From Escherichia phage vB-Eco-KMB14, in sequence record OR424384.1: a stretch of 44,563 nt of DNA; one strand, given 5' to 3'. The notes below the pieces were generated by a model that saw nothing but the letters and a program-made list of their open reading frames with translations, had not been told where the DNA came from and ran no database searches. The position numbers were made by a program, and so were the translations under genes. How positions within the stretch are numbered: the first letter of the stretch is position 1; every line of letters begins with the position of its first letter. Positions 25,238-35,848 of this stretch are shown here, piece after piece.

Positions 25238-27639
25238 TGGAAGTACAAGGTTCATTAGGTAGACAAATCCAAGGGATTAGCCAGCAGCCGCCAGCGGTAC
25301 GCTTGGATGGTCAGTGCACAGCTATGGTTAATATGATACCTGATGTAGTGAATGGTACTCAATCACGCATGGGTACAACTCATATTGCAAAGATACTTGA
25401 TGCGGGGACTGATGACATGGCTATTCATCATTATCGCAGAGGTGATGGTGATGAAGAGTATTTCTTCACGTTGAAGAAAGGACAAGTTCCTGAGATATTT
25501 GATAAGTATGGGCGCAAATGTAATGTGACTTCACAAGATGCACCTATGACCTACCTCTCTGAGGTTGTTAATCCAAGGGAAGATGTACAATTCATGACGA
25601 TAGCTGATGTTACTTTCATGCTTAATCGTAGGAAAGTAGTTAAAGCTAGTAACAGGAAGTCACCTAAAGTTGGAAACAAAGCCATTGTGTTTTGTGCGTA
25701 TGGTCAATATGGTACATCTTATTCCATTGTAATTAATGGGACCAACGCTGCTAGTTTTAAAACACCGGATGGTGGAAGTGCAGACCATGTTGAACAAATT
25801 CGAACTGAACGTATCACTTCTGAATTGTACTCTAAGTTGCAGCAATGGAGCGGTGTGAGTGACTATGAAATACAAAGAGACGGTACTAGTATATTTATCG
25901 AGAGACGGGATGGTGCTAGCTTTACAATAACAACCACCGATGGTGCAAAAGGTAAGGACTTAGTGGCTATCAAGAATAAAGTTAGCTCTACTGACCTACT
26001 CCCTTCTCGTGCGCCTGCTGGTTATAAAGTACAAGTGTGGCCTACTGGCAGCAAACCTGAGTCTCGTTACTGGCTGCAAGCTGAGCCTAAAGAGGGAAAC
26101 CTTGTGTCTTGGAAAGAAACAATAGCTGCTGATGTATTACTTGGGTTTGATAAAGGCACAATGCCTTACATTATTGAACGTACAGATATCATCAACGGCA
26201 TAGCTCAATTCAAGATAAGACAAGGTGATTGGGAAGATCGTAAAGTAGGGGATGACTTGACTAACCCTATGCCCTCTTTTATTGATGAGGAGGTACCCCA
26301 GACAATAGGTGGAATGTTCATGGTGCAGAACCGCCTATGCTTTACAGCAGGTGAAGCGGTTATTGCTTCTCGTACATCATACTTCTTCGATTTCTTTCGT
26401 TATACGGTTATCTCTGCATTGGCAACTGACCCATTTGATATTTTCTCAGATGCTAGTGAAGTCTACCAGCTAAAACATGCAGTGACCTTAGATGGCGCTA
26501 CCGTGTTGTTCTCTGATAAGTCACAATTCATACTGCCAGGCGATAAGCCTTTAGAGAAGTCAAATGCACTGCTTAAGCCTGTTACAACATTTGAAGTGAA
26601 CAATAAAGTGAAGCCAGTAGTAACTGGTGAATCGGTAATGTTTGCCACTAATGATGGTTCTTACTCTGGTGTACGAGAGTTCTATACAGACTCTTATAGT
26701 GACACTAAGAAGGCACAAGCAATCACAAGTCATGTGAATAAACTCATCGAAGGTAACATTACCAACATGGCAGCAAGCACCAATGTCAACAGGTTACTTG
26801 TCACTACCGATAAGTATCGTAACATAATCTACTGCTACGATTGGTTATGGCAAGGAACAGACCGTGTACAATCAGCATGGCATGTATGGAAGTGGCCTAT
26901 AGGTACAAAGGTGCGAGGTATGTTTTATTCTGGTGAATTACTTTACCTGCTCCTTGAGAGAGGCAATGGTGTCTATCTGGAGAAGATGGATATGGGTGAT
27001 GCATTAACCTATGGTTTAAATGATCGCATCCGAATGGATAGACAGGCAGAGTTAATCTTCCAGCATTTCAAAGCAGAAGATGAATGGGTATCTGAACCGC
27101 TCCCTTGGGTTCCTACTAATCCAGAACTTTTAGATTGCATCTTAATCGAGGGTTGGGATTCATATATTGGTGGTTCTTTCCTATTCAAATACAACCCCGG
27201 TGATAACACCTTGTCTACAACCTTTGATATGCATGATGATAGCCACGTAAAAGCGAAGGTTATTGTTGGTCAGATTTACCCTCAAGAGTTTGAACCAACA
27301 CCTGTAGTTATCAGAGATAGGCAAGACCGTGTATCCTATATTGATGTACCTGTTGTGGGATTAGTTCACCTTAATCTTGATATGTATCCTGATTTCTCCG
27401 TGGAGGTTAAGAATGTGAAGAGTGGTAAAGTACGCAGGGTGCTAGCGTCAAACCGTATAGGTGGTGCTCTCAACAATACAGTAGGTTATGTTGAACCAAG
27501 AGAGGGTGTCTTCAGATTCCCACTGAGAGCTAAGAGTACGGATGCTGTTTATCGTATTATTGTAGAATCACCTCACACATTCCAGCTCCGCGATATTGAG
27601 TGGGAAGGGAGCTACAATCCAACCAAAAGGAGGGTCTAA
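25237..27639 (+). CDS. Tail tubular protein B (gp12-like), 800 aa
   Basis: Size and position; ATG at 25237 follows RBS ggagga and overlaps the upstream stop. Confidence 0.8.
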   Translation: MEVQGSLGRQIQGISQQPPAVRLDGQCTAMVNMIPDVVNGTQSRMGTTHIAKILDAGTDDMAIHHYRRGDGDEEYFFTLKKGQVPEIFDKYGRKCNVTSQDAPMTYLSEVVNPREDVQFMTIADVTFMLNRRKVVKASNRKSPKVGNKAIVFCAYGQYGTSYSIVINGTNAASFKTPDGGSADHVEQIRTERITSELYSKLQQWSGVSDYEIQRDGTSIFIERRDGASFTITTTDGAKGKDLVAIKNKVSSTDLLPSRAPAGYKVQVWPTGSKPESRYWLQAEPKEGNLVSWKETIAADVLLGFDKGTMPYIIERTDIINGIAQFKIRQGDWEDRKVGDDLTNPMPSFIDEEVPQTIGGMFMVQNRLCFTAGEAVIASRTSYFFDFFRYTVISALATDPFDIFSDASEVYQLKHAVTLDGATVLFSDKSQFILPGDKPLEKSNALLKPVTTFEVNNKVKPVVTGESVMFATNDGSYSGVREFYTDSYSDTKKAQAITSHVNKLIEGNITNMAASTNVNRLLVTTDKYRNIIYCYDWLWQGTDRVQSAWHVWKWPIGTKVRGMFYSGELLYLLLERGNGVYLEKMDMGDALTYGLNDRIRMDRQAELIFQHFKAEDEWVSEPLPWVPTNPELLDCILIEGWDSYIGGSFLFKYNPGDNTLSTTFDMHDDSHVKAKVIVGQIYPQEFEPTPVVIRDRQDRVSYIDVPVVGLVHLNLDMYPDFSVEVKNVKSGKVRRVLASNRIGGALNNTVGYVEPREGVFRFPLRAKSTDAVYRIIVESPHTFQLRDIEWEGSYNPTKRRV

Positions 27640-28361
27640 TGGCTATAGGTTCTGCCGTTATGGCTGGTATGTCTTCTATTGGTAGTATGTTTACAGGCAG
27701 CGGTGCAGCAGCCGCTGCTGGAGGTGCTGCCGCAGGTGGCGGAGGCTTGCTAGGTTCTCTAGGTGGCTTCCTAAGCGGCTCTACTGCTGGCTTCTCTAAT
27801 GCTGGGCTTCTTGGTGCTGGCCTTCAAGGTTTAGGCTTGATTGGTGATCTCTTTGGTGGAAGTGATGAAGCCAAGGCAATGAAGAAAGCACAAGAAGAAC
27901 AGTGGCGGCAGCAACTTATTGCTACACAAGAAGCATACAAAACAGTAGCAGATGCAGAGCGTTCTGCTGCTAAACAATATCATGCAGATGCAATAAGCAA
28001 TCAGGCTTCACTACTACAGCAGCGAGCACAGGTTGCATTACTAGCAGGTGCTACTGGTACTGGTGGTAACTCTGTATCTTCTATGCTGAATGACTTAGCA
28101 GCAGAGGGCGGGAGGAACCAGAGTACAATTATTGATAACTATGAGAATCAGAAGATTAACTTCACCAATCAGCTTAAGTCTATCCAGCGAGGTGGACAGA
28201 TGCAGATGCGTGAGTTTAAGAAGCCTTCTGCCGTGAGCACCTTGGTGCAAGGTATACCGAGTCTGGCATCTGCCTATGTAACAGGTAGTAAGTCCGGCAT
28301 GGCTTTAGGTAAAGCTTTAACTGATTCTCGTACATATTCATCTGGAACAAGAGGTATTTAA
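27639..28361 (+). CDS. Internal virion protein A (Gly/Ala-rich N-terminus), 240 aa
   Basis: ATG at 27639 follows RBS ggaggg. Its 5' end (27642-27711) is the source of the ectopic insert at 12976-13062. Confidence 0.7.
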   Translation: MAIGSAVMAGMSSIGSMFTGSGAAAAAGGAAAGGGGLLGSLGGFLSGSTAGFSNAGLLGAGLQGLGLIGDLFGGSDEAKAMKKAQEEQWRQQLIATQEAYKTVADAERSAAKQYHADAISNQASLLQQRAQVALLAGATGTGGNSVSSMLNDLAAEGGRNQSTIIDNYENQKINFTNQLKSIQRGGQMQMREFKKPSAVSTLVQGIPSLASAYVTGSKSGMALGKALTDSRTYSSGTRGI

Positions 28362-31309
28362 TGGCAATTGAGCGACAAGCAGTACAAGGTCTGCCACAAG
28401 TGCAGGCCACTTCTCCTAATGTCATGACCTTTGCACCTCAGCAAGTTGGAGGTGTGGAGGCTGGCGTAGCTTCTACCTCCGGTAGTCGATTTATCGAAGA
28501 CCTTATTCGAGCAGCCAGTAGTGTAGCTGATGTTACCACGGGTATCCTTAATCAGAAGATTGAGGAGGATAAGGTTGTTCAAATGGAACGGGCATATAAT
28601 GGATTAATGCCCTCTGAGGATGCAACTCGTGGTGGCGCTCGTGCTAACATGCTTGTCAAAGCTCAACTGCTAGCTAATGATGAAGCAGCACGAATGAAAG
28701 ACATGGCTACTCGTTTCCAAGGAACGGATGACGAGTGGACACAACTTATGGTTGACTCTCGTAATGAGATGCAGAATAAGCTGTTCCAGCAATACCCTGA
28801 GTTGCAAGGTGACAAAGATACTATGCGTATGGTCACTAATGTCTTCCAAGAACAGCAGCCTCAGATTTGGGCTACACGAACCCAGCATAAACTTGACCGT
28901 GAACAAGCAGACCGTGAGGATACCTTTGACGGGCGAGTGGCTTCTACTTGGGATTCTAATATTGACCCTGAAGCCTCTGGCTATGCTTTACAGGAACGAA
29001 TCCGCGAAGGTCTTACTCAAGGATTACTACCTGAACAGATGCACAAGAAGTTAGTCCAGCGAGCAATTTCACTTGCACAAGGCGGTGATGTTAGCATGGC
29101 TGAAGCCCTGAAGTATGTGAAGGACGATAAGGGTGTTTCTGTTTATGCTAAGAATCCACAGCTTATCACAGCCATCACTAGTGGTAATGCAGTTTGGGCT
29201 AGGAATAATGTAGCTGATGTAACTCGTATGTCTTTCGAAGTTAAAGAATCATACCTTGCAGGTGATTTAACTGATGAAGAATTGTTGGAACGAGCACAGC
29301 ACATTAATAATCTGACAGGTAACTCTGTCTTCTCTAACCCAGAACTAGAGGCACTGATGCGCCAACGAGCTAAGCAGAATGCAGAGCTAGGTGCAATGCA
29401 GGATATGCGCCGTGAGCTTTACTCCGACCGCCTGACTGGCTTCCAAGGTAAGACTGATAAAGAGAAGAAGGCTTACATTGATGTTATCAAACAAGATAGC
29501 CAACTTTATGCAGACCAGCAAATCAAACAACGTGGCTTGGACCCTTACAGTCAAGAGGCTGAAGCTATTCGTGGTGCAGTGGAAGTGCAGCGCCTACAAT
29601 TCATGAACTCCAAAGGCTTAGTGGATGATACCTTTGAGTCTCGTATCAAAGCCATGGAATCTATGCTATCTCCTGAGCACTTTGCCAAGGGCGAACCACA
29701 AGAGTTGATGACTATTCGCCAGTTGTGGGAACAGTTGCCAGAAGAGAGCCGAGGTGTCTTTGGTGACACGGTGAATGGCTACATGGATAACTACAACACT
29801 GCACTACAAATGGGAGAGACACCTTTGCAGGCTGCAAGGTTTGCGCGTGAAGCACAGCAGAAATTCTCTCGTACTGAGAAGGAAACCAAGAAGTTCAACT
29901 CAGCTATTGGAGATGCACTGGATGAGGTATCTGGTGCTGGCTGGTTCGATGGTAAAACCGAAGTGTCAGACTTAGGTAAAGCTATTGCAGAAGAGGAGTT
30001 ACGAGCTAAGGCTAATATGCTGTGGTCTAGTGGTATGCGTAACATGGATTCCATCAAGAAGGCTTTAATTACTTGGGGCAATAAACGCTACACTCAAACA
30101 GAGGATGCAAAGACTTCCGGTGGCTATTTCATTAAAGGTGATTACACTTCTGCATCTGATATGCTTATGTCAGTTGGGAAAGGCGTAAATCCTACCGATG
30201 TACCTCTGGCGCTTGGTAGGTATGTAGAAACACAGATGCCAGAATTGAAGAAGGAGCTTCAAGAGTGGGAAACTAAAGATGATATATACATTGATTACAA
30301 TGAACAGAAAGGTACTTTCGTGATTCGTGCTGGTGCAGCAGGTCGCCCTCTTTCTGGAGTAATCCCTGTAACCTCTTTAGATACCACTTCACTACTAGAT
30401 TCTGCCTATCAGAAGAAAGTAGAGGAACGAGATAAAGGCGAGTATGTTCACCCTTATCGTACAGATATTGGTGCACAAGAGCCTATGCCAGCTAAACCAA
30501 CTGCCAAAGATATTGGTAAATTTGGACTAGCTAACTTCCTCATGTCTTCTGCTTTTGCTTCTGGTGAGAATCTGCCTTCTAACTTCGAGATTAACTATCG
30601 AGGTAATATGCAACAATTCTATGACAAGCTAGCTATGGATGAGAATAAAGATAAAGTTGGCTTTAATAAGGCAACTGGAACCTTTACTCCATATAAAGAT
30701 GCTCACGGTGAGTCTATCGGTTACGGTCATTTCTTAACGGAAGAAGAGAAGCGAAACGGGTATATTAAGATTGGTGATGAACTAGTTCCCTATCGAGGGT
30801 CTATGTCTCAGCTTACAGAGAGCAAGGCTCGCGCTCTTATGGAGCAAGATGCCAAGAAGCATGTGCCTCCTACTCGTGACTGGAAGATTCCGTTTGACCA
30901 GATGCATCCTGCACAGCAACGTGGCTTGCTGGATTTAACCTACAATTTAGGTAAAGGTGGAATCCAGAACTCACCGCGTGCTCTTGCTGCATTCAAAGCT
31001 GGTAAGCTTACGGAAGGCTTTATCGAAATGCTGGGCACTGCATCAAGTGAAGGTAAGCGTATCCCTGGTCTACTGAAGCGACGCGCTGAGGCATACAATA
31101 TGGCATCTGCTGGTGGTGTGCCTAAGATTACCGAAGTGGAGACTCGTGAAGATGGCTCCATGTGGGTTAGGTTTGGTGGACCTATGCCAGCAGGTTCTGT
31201 CTCGGCATGGATTCATAAACGTATTGGCGCGGATGGTTGGTATCAGGTTTATGAGGCTGCACCTACCAAGTTAGCTAAAGGTTCTAAGGTAGGTAAATTT
31301 AAGTTGTAG
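28361..31309 (+). CDS. Internal virion protein B with C-terminal lysozyme-like (T4-lysozyme/GH24-type) domain, 982 aa
   Basis: C-terminal segment YKDAHGESIGYGH...LLDLTYNLGKGG resembles the catalytic region of T4-type lysozymes. Confidence 0.75.
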   Translation: MAIERQAVQGLPQVQATSPNVMTFAPQQVGGVEAGVASTSGSRFIEDLIRAASSVADVTTGILNQKIEEDKVVQMERAYNGLMPSEDATRGGARANMLVKAQLLANDEAARMKDMATRFQGTDDEWTQLMVDSRNEMQNKLFQQYPELQGDKDTMRMVTNVFQEQQPQIWATRTQHKLDREQADREDTFDGRVASTWDSNIDPEASGYALQERIREGLTQGLLPEQMHKKLVQRAISLAQGGDVSMAEALKYVKDDKGVSVYAKNPQLITAITSGNAVWARNNVADVTRMSFEVKESYLAGDLTDEELLERAQHINNLTGNSVFSNPELEALMRQRAKQNAELGAMQDMRRELYSDRLTGFQGKTDKEKKAYIDVIKQDSQLYADQQIKQRGLDPYSQEAEAIRGAVEVQRLQFMNSKGLVDDTFESRIKAMESMLSPEHFAKGEPQELMTIRQLWEQLPEESRGVFGDTVNGYMDNYNTALQMGETPLQAARFAREAQQKFSRTEKETKKFNSAIGDALDEVSGAGWFDGKTEVSDLGKAIAEEELRAKANMLWSSGMRNMDSIKKALITWGNKRYTQTEDAKTSGGYFIKGDYTSASDMLMSVGKGVNPTDVPLALGRYVETQMPELKKELQEWETKDDIYIDYNEQKGTFVIRAGAAGRPLSGVIPVTSLDTTSLLDSAYQKKVEERDKGEYVHPYRTDIGAQEPMPAKPTAKDIGKFGLANFLMSSAFASGENLPSNFEINYRGNMQQFYDKLAMDENKDKVGFNKATGTFTPYKDAHGESIGYGHFLTEEEKRNGYIKIGDELVPYRGSMSQLTESKARALMEQDAKKHVPPTRDWKIPFDQMHPAQQRGLLDLTYNLGKGGIQNSPRALAAFKAGKLTEGFIEMLGTASSEGKRIPGLLKRRAEAYNMASAGGVPKITEVETREDGSMWVRFGGPMPAGSVSAWIHKRIGADGWYQVYEAAPTKLAKGSKVGKFKL

Positions 31310-31321
31310 TATCTAACTCAA

Positions 31322-31350
31322 GGCTTGTCTCACATGTGAGACAGGTCTTT
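31322..31350 (+). terminator. Conserved palindrome hairpin (GTCTCACATGTGAGAC) plus T-rich tract
   Basis: gcttgtctcacatgtgagacaggtc followed by tttat. Confidence 0.45.
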
Positions 31351-31373
31351 ATGATAGGCACTATGGAGGAATT

Positions 31374-34300
31374 ATGGAACAAGACATTAAGACTAATTGG
31401 GCTGGATATGTCCAGTCTACTCCTGAGCCGTTTTCTATTGAGGCGGCTCCGGTATCGGCTCCTACGATACGCCAGCGTAATGAGTTACAAGAGCAAGTTC
31501 TTGAAGCTAAAGCTGATGCTGATATCTTAGGTGCTGTAGGTGCTGCCTTCCAGAATGAGTGGTTGGCATTCGGAGGCAAGCGGTGGTATGACCGTGCCAC
31601 TGCTGATTTCACACCTCAACCAGACTTCGAGATACAACCTGAGCAACGTGAAGCACTACGTTTCAAATATGGTACAGATATGATGCAGACAATCACTGAG
31701 GGTGTTCATTCTGAGGATGAATTGAACTTCCGTATTCAGAATGCTGATGAAGACCTTGAGCGCAATAAGCGCATTGCTCAGGCTGGCTGGGTTGGCTCTG
31801 TGGCGACGATTGGCGCTGCTGTGCTTGACCCTGTGGGATGGGTTGCCTCTATTCCAACCGGTGGTGCCGCTAAAGTTGGACTCGTAGGCCGTGCTGTGCG
31901 TGGCGCTATCGCCGCTGGCGTAAGTAATGCCGCTATTGAATCCGTATTGGTCCAAGGTGACATGACTCGTGATTTAGATGACATTATGGTAGCACTAGGC
32001 TCCGGTATGGCTATGGGTGGCGTTATTGGAGCTGTAGCGCGTGGTAGGGCCACTAAGCTCAGTGAGCAAGGAGATGACAGGGCTGCGAGCATTGTGCGCA
32101 GTGCAGACGCAGGGGACCGCTATGTGCGTGCTGTTGCTGATGATAGTATCGGTGCGATGCGTGTTAAGGGTGAAGAGGTACTCACTGAGGGTGCATTTGA
32201 TGTCTCTAGCAAAGGTGAAGATTTGCTGAAAACCCTACAGCGGGAAGGTAATGCAATTGATATGACCCCTCGCCGCTGGGCCGGAACTCTGTCTGCCCTT
32301 GGTACTGTCGTACATTCCTCTCAGGATGCAAGTGTACGCGGCCTTGGTGCTCGCCTGTTTGAGTCCCCCCAAGGCTTAGGTATGCAGAAGGCATCTGCTA
32401 GTCTCATGCAGAATACTAACTTGAACCGTCTGAAATCTGCTGATATGAATCGTTTCAACGATGGGTTCGATTTATGGCTCAAAGAGAATAATATCAATCC
32501 GGTTGCAGGTCATACTAACTCTCACTATGTGCAGCAATATAATGAGAAGGTATGGGAAGCTGTACGCATCGGTATGGATGAGTCTACGCCTAAGTCTATC
32601 CGTATGGCAGCAGAGGGGCAGCAAGCTATGTATCGTGAAGCATTAGCATTACGTCAACGCTCTGGTGAATCTGGGTTTGAAAAGGTTAAAGCAGATGATA
32701 AGTACATGCCTGATATTTTTGACAGTATGAAGGCTCGTCGTCAATTCAGTATGCACGATAAAGAGGACATCATTGAGTTATTCTCTCGTGCATACCAGAA
32801 TGGTTCTCGTAAGGTTCCAAAGGAAGTGGCTGATGATATTGCACGAGCACAAGTAAACCGCGTTGCTGATGCCACCTTGACCGGACAGCTTAGCTTTGAA
32901 AAGGCTATGTCTGGTCAAACCAAAGCAGAATATGAAGCACTAATGCGCAAAGCAGGCTTTAGTGATGAAGAGATTGAAAAGATGGTAGAAGCTCTGGATA
33001 ATAAAGAAACCAGAGATAATATCTCTAACCGAGCTAAGATGAGTTTAGGCTTAGATGTTACTCAAGAGTACAATGGCATTCGTATGCGTGACTTTATGAA
33101 CACTAACGTGGAAGAGTTAACAGATAACTACATGAAGGAAGCGGCAGGTGGTGCTGCCTTGGCTCGTCAAGGTTTCTCTACCTATCAGGCTGCACTTAAT
33201 GCAATTGATCTTGTAGAGCGAAATGCACGAAATGCAGCTAAAGATACAAAAGCACACGCACAATTTGAAGCGGAGTCGGCTAAGATCCGTCAATCAGAGC
33301 CTGATTACAAGAAGGCACAAGAGAAGATTGAAGAGTTAAAGAAGCGACTTAAATTGAAAGAGAAAGATGAAGCAGCTGGTCTGGCTATTGATGAAGAAAT
33401 CCGTCAGATGCGAGAAGGGCTTCGCTTGATTATGGGTAAATCTATCGATTCAAACCCACAAGATTTGTCTACTAAAATGCTGCGTCGTGGGCGTGACATT
33501 ACAGGTGTACTTCGCTTAGGTCAGATGGGCTTCGCACAGCTAGGTGAACTTGCTAACTTCATGGGTGAGTTTGGTATTGCTGCCACCACTATGGCTTTAG
33601 GTAAGCAATTCCGCTTCACCTCTAAGGCGTTGCGTAATGGCGATGGCTTCTTTCGAGATAAGAATTTAGCTGAGGTTGAGCGAATGGTAGGTTACATTGG
33701 TGAAGACAACTGGCTGACAACTAAGGGTGCGCGTCCCGATGAGTTTGGTGATGTAACCACAGTGCGAGGTATGATGGCCCATTTTGACCAGTCCATGAAC
33801 TCTATACGACGTGCTCAGACAAACCTATCCCTCTTCCGCATGGCACAGGGTTCTCTGGAGCGAATGACCAATAGGCAAATAGCTTTGTCTTTCATTGACC
33901 ACCTTGAAGGCAAGAAGATTATTCCTCAGAAGAAACTGGAGGAACTTGGTCTTACTCAGGAGTTCATGACTAACCTACAGAAGCACTATGATGCTAACTC
34001 TAAAGGTTCTGGCTTGCTTGGCTTTGATACAATGCCTTATGCCATGGGTGAAACTTTAGCTAATGCTATTCGTCGTAAGTCAGGTCTAATTATCCAACGT
34101 AACTTCATTGGTGATGAAGGTATCTGGATGAACAAAGCACTAGGTAAGACATTTGCACAGCTTAAGTCATTCTCTCTTGTATCTGGTGAGAAGCAATTTG
34201 GTCGAGGGATTCGCCACGATAAAATTGGTCTTGCTAAGAAGACAGCTTATGGTTTTGCTTTGGGTTCAATAGTGTATGCGGCAAAAGCCTATGTGAACTC

Positions 34301-34682
34301 TATTGGTCGAGAAGACCAAGATGAATATTTGGAAGAGAAGTTATCGCCTAAAGGGTTGGCCTTTGGTGCAATGGGTATGATGAGTACAACTGCTGTATTT
34401 AGTCTAGGTGGAGATTTCTTAGGTGGCCTAGGTGTTCTACCTTCTGAGTTAGTACAATCCCGTTATGAGGCTGGCTTTCAGACTAAGGGTTTGATAGACC
34501 AAATACCACTAGTAGGTGTTGGTCAAGATGCATATCGTTTAGCAGATTCTATAACTAAATACGCAGAGGGTGATACAGAAGGTGTAGATGTGGCACGTAG
34601 GGCTTTACGCTTAGTGCCTCTAGCTAATGTAATAGGAATCCAGAACGCATTGCGTTATGGCTTAGATGAACTGGAGGATTAA
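31374..34682 (+). CDS. Internal virion protein C (gp16-like ejection protein), 1102 aa
   Basis: Very large ORF following the other internal virion proteins; RBS ggagga. Confidence 0.75.
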   Translation: MEQDIKTNWAGYVQSTPEPFSIEAAPVSAPTIRQRNELQEQVLEAKADADILGAVGAAFQNEWLAFGGKRWYDRATADFTPQPDFEIQPEQREALRFKYGTDMMQTITEGVHSEDELNFRIQNADEDLERNKRIAQAGWVGSVATIGAAVLDPVGWVASIPTGGAAKVGLVGRAVRGAIAAGVSNAAIESVLVQGDMTRDLDDIMVALGSGMAMGGVIGAVARGRATKLSEQGDDRAASIVRSADAGDRYVRAVADDSIGAMRVKGEEVLTEGAFDVSSKGEDLLKTLQREGNAIDMTPRRWAGTLSALGTVVHSSQDASVRGLGARLFESPQGLGMQKASASLMQNTNLNRLKSADMNRFNDGFDLWLKENNINPVAGHTNSHYVQQYNEKVWEAVRIGMDESTPKSIRMAAEGQQAMYREALALRQRSGESGFEKVKADDKYMPDIFDSMKARRQFSMHDKEDIIELFSRAYQNGSRKVPKEVADDIARAQVNRVADATLTGQLSFEKAMSGQTKAEYEALMRKAGFSDEEIEKMVEALDNKETRDNISNRAKMSLGLDVTQEYNGIRMRDFMNTNVEELTDNYMKEAAGGAALARQGFSTYQAALNAIDLVERNARNAAKDTKAHAQFEAESAKIRQSEPDYKKAQEKIEELKKRLKLKEKDEAAGLAIDEEIRQMREGLRLIMGKSIDSNPQDLSTKMLRRGRDITGVLRLGQMGFAQLGELANFMGEFGIAATTMALGKQFRFTSKALRNGDGFFRDKNLAEVERMVGYIGEDNWLTTKGARPDEFGDVTTVRGMMAHFDQSMNSIRRAQTNLSLFRMAQGSLERMTNRQIALSFIDHLEGKKIIPQKKLEELGLTQEFMTNLQKHYDANSKGSGLLGFDTMPYAMGETLANAIRRKSGLIIQRNFIGDEGIWMNKALGKTFAQLKSFSLVSGEKQFGRGIRHDKIGLAKKTAYGFALGSIVYAAKAYVNSIGREDQDEYLEEKLSPKGLAFGAMGMMSTTAVFSLGGDFLGGLGVLPSELVQSRYEAGFQTKGLIDQIPLVGVGQDAYRLADSITKYAEGDTEGVDVARRALRLVPLANVIGIQNALRYGLDELED

Positions 34683-35644
34683 TGAGTTATACTTTCACAG
34701 AACATATAGCCAACGGTACGCAAGTAACCTATCCCTTTAGCTTTGCTGGTAGGGATAAAGGTTATCTTCGTGCCTCAGATGTGATAGTGGAGTCTCTTCA
34801 AGGTAACACTTGGATTGAGGTTACATCTGGCTGGCAACTAACTGGCACGCACCAGATTACTTTTGATGTAGCACCAGTTGCAGGTTTGAAGTTCCGTATT
34901 AGAAGGGAAGTACAAAAGGAGTATCCATACGCTGAGTTTGACCGTGGTGTTACCTTGGATATGAAGTCTTTAAATGGTTCTTTCATTCATATACTGGAGA
35001 TTACACAGGAGTTACTTGACGGGTTTTATCCAGAAGGATACTTCATTAAACAGAATGTAAGCTGGGGCGGCAATAAGATTACTGATTTGGCTGATGGCAC
35101 AAATCCGGGAGATGCAGTAAATAAAGGGCAGCTTGATGCCATCGACAAGAAGCATACAGATTGGAACGCCAAACAGGACATTGAGATTGCTGGCCTTAAG
35201 GCTGGTATGACTTCTGGTATTGCGCACAGAACTGTTCCTTGGTACACGATAGCCCAAGGTGGTGAGATTTCCGTAAAACCACCTTATGAATTTCAAGATG
35301 CACTAGTTTTCCTTAATGGGGTGTTGCAGCACCAAATTGTAGGCGCATACTCTATAAGCAACAACACTATCACTTTCGCAGAGCCGCTTGTGGCTGGTAC
35401 AGAGGTGTATGTGCTGATTGGTAGTCGTGTGGCTACATCTGAACCTAATATTCAGTTAGAGTTGAACTTTGACTTAGTAGAAGGCCAACAAGTAGTACAG
35501 ATTGGCTCTGCATTTAAGTACATTGAGGTCTACCTTGATGGATTATTACAACCTAAACTTGCTTATCAGGTAGACGGTGACATTGTTACTTTCTCAGAGG
35601 GAGTGCCAGAATGCCGGATGACTGCTAAGATTATCACAGCATAA
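34682..35644 (+). CDS. Tail fibre/tailspike adaptor protein (T7 gp17 N-terminal-domain-like), 320 aa
   Basis: N-terminus MSYTFTEHIANGTQVTYPFSF resembles the tail-attachment domain of T7-type tail fibres; no receptor-binding domain present. Confidence 0.7.
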   Translation: MSYTFTEHIANGTQVTYPFSFAGRDKGYLRASDVIVESLQGNTWIEVTSGWQLTGTHQITFDVAPVAGLKFRIRREVQKEYPYAEFDRGVTLDMKSLNGSFIHILEITQELLDGFYPEGYFIKQNVSWGGNKITDLADGTNPGDAVNKGQLDAIDKKHTDWNAKQDIEIAGLKAGMTSGIAHRTVPWYTIAQGGEISVKPPYEFQDALVFLNGVLQHQIVGAYSISNNTITFAEPLVAGTEVYVLIGSRVATSEPNIQLELNFDLVEGQQVVQIGSAFKYIEVYLDGLLQPKLAYQVDGDIVTFSEGVPECRMTAKIITA

Positions 35645-35653
35645 GGAGGTAGG

Positions 35654-35848
35654 ATGATTAACTCCGAACTGGTAGATAGTGGTGTGAAGCTTGCGCCACC
35701 TGCACTCGTATCAGGTGGGTACTTCCTCGGTATCAGTTGGGATAATTGGGTGTTAATAGCAACATTCATTTATACCGTGTTGCAAATTGGGGACTGGTTT
35801 TATAATAAGTTCAAGATTTGGAGGGAGAAGCGTGAGCGTACACAATAA
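35654..35848 (+). CDS. Putative holin (64 aa, single TM, charged C-terminus)
   Basis: Strong RBS aaggagg; hydrophobic core WVLIATFIYTVLQI and C-terminus KIWREKRERTQ; same position as T7 gp17.5. Confidence 0.55.
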   Translation: MINSELVDSGVKLAPPALVSGGYFLGISWDNWVLIATFIYTVLQIGDWFYNKFKIWREKRERTQ

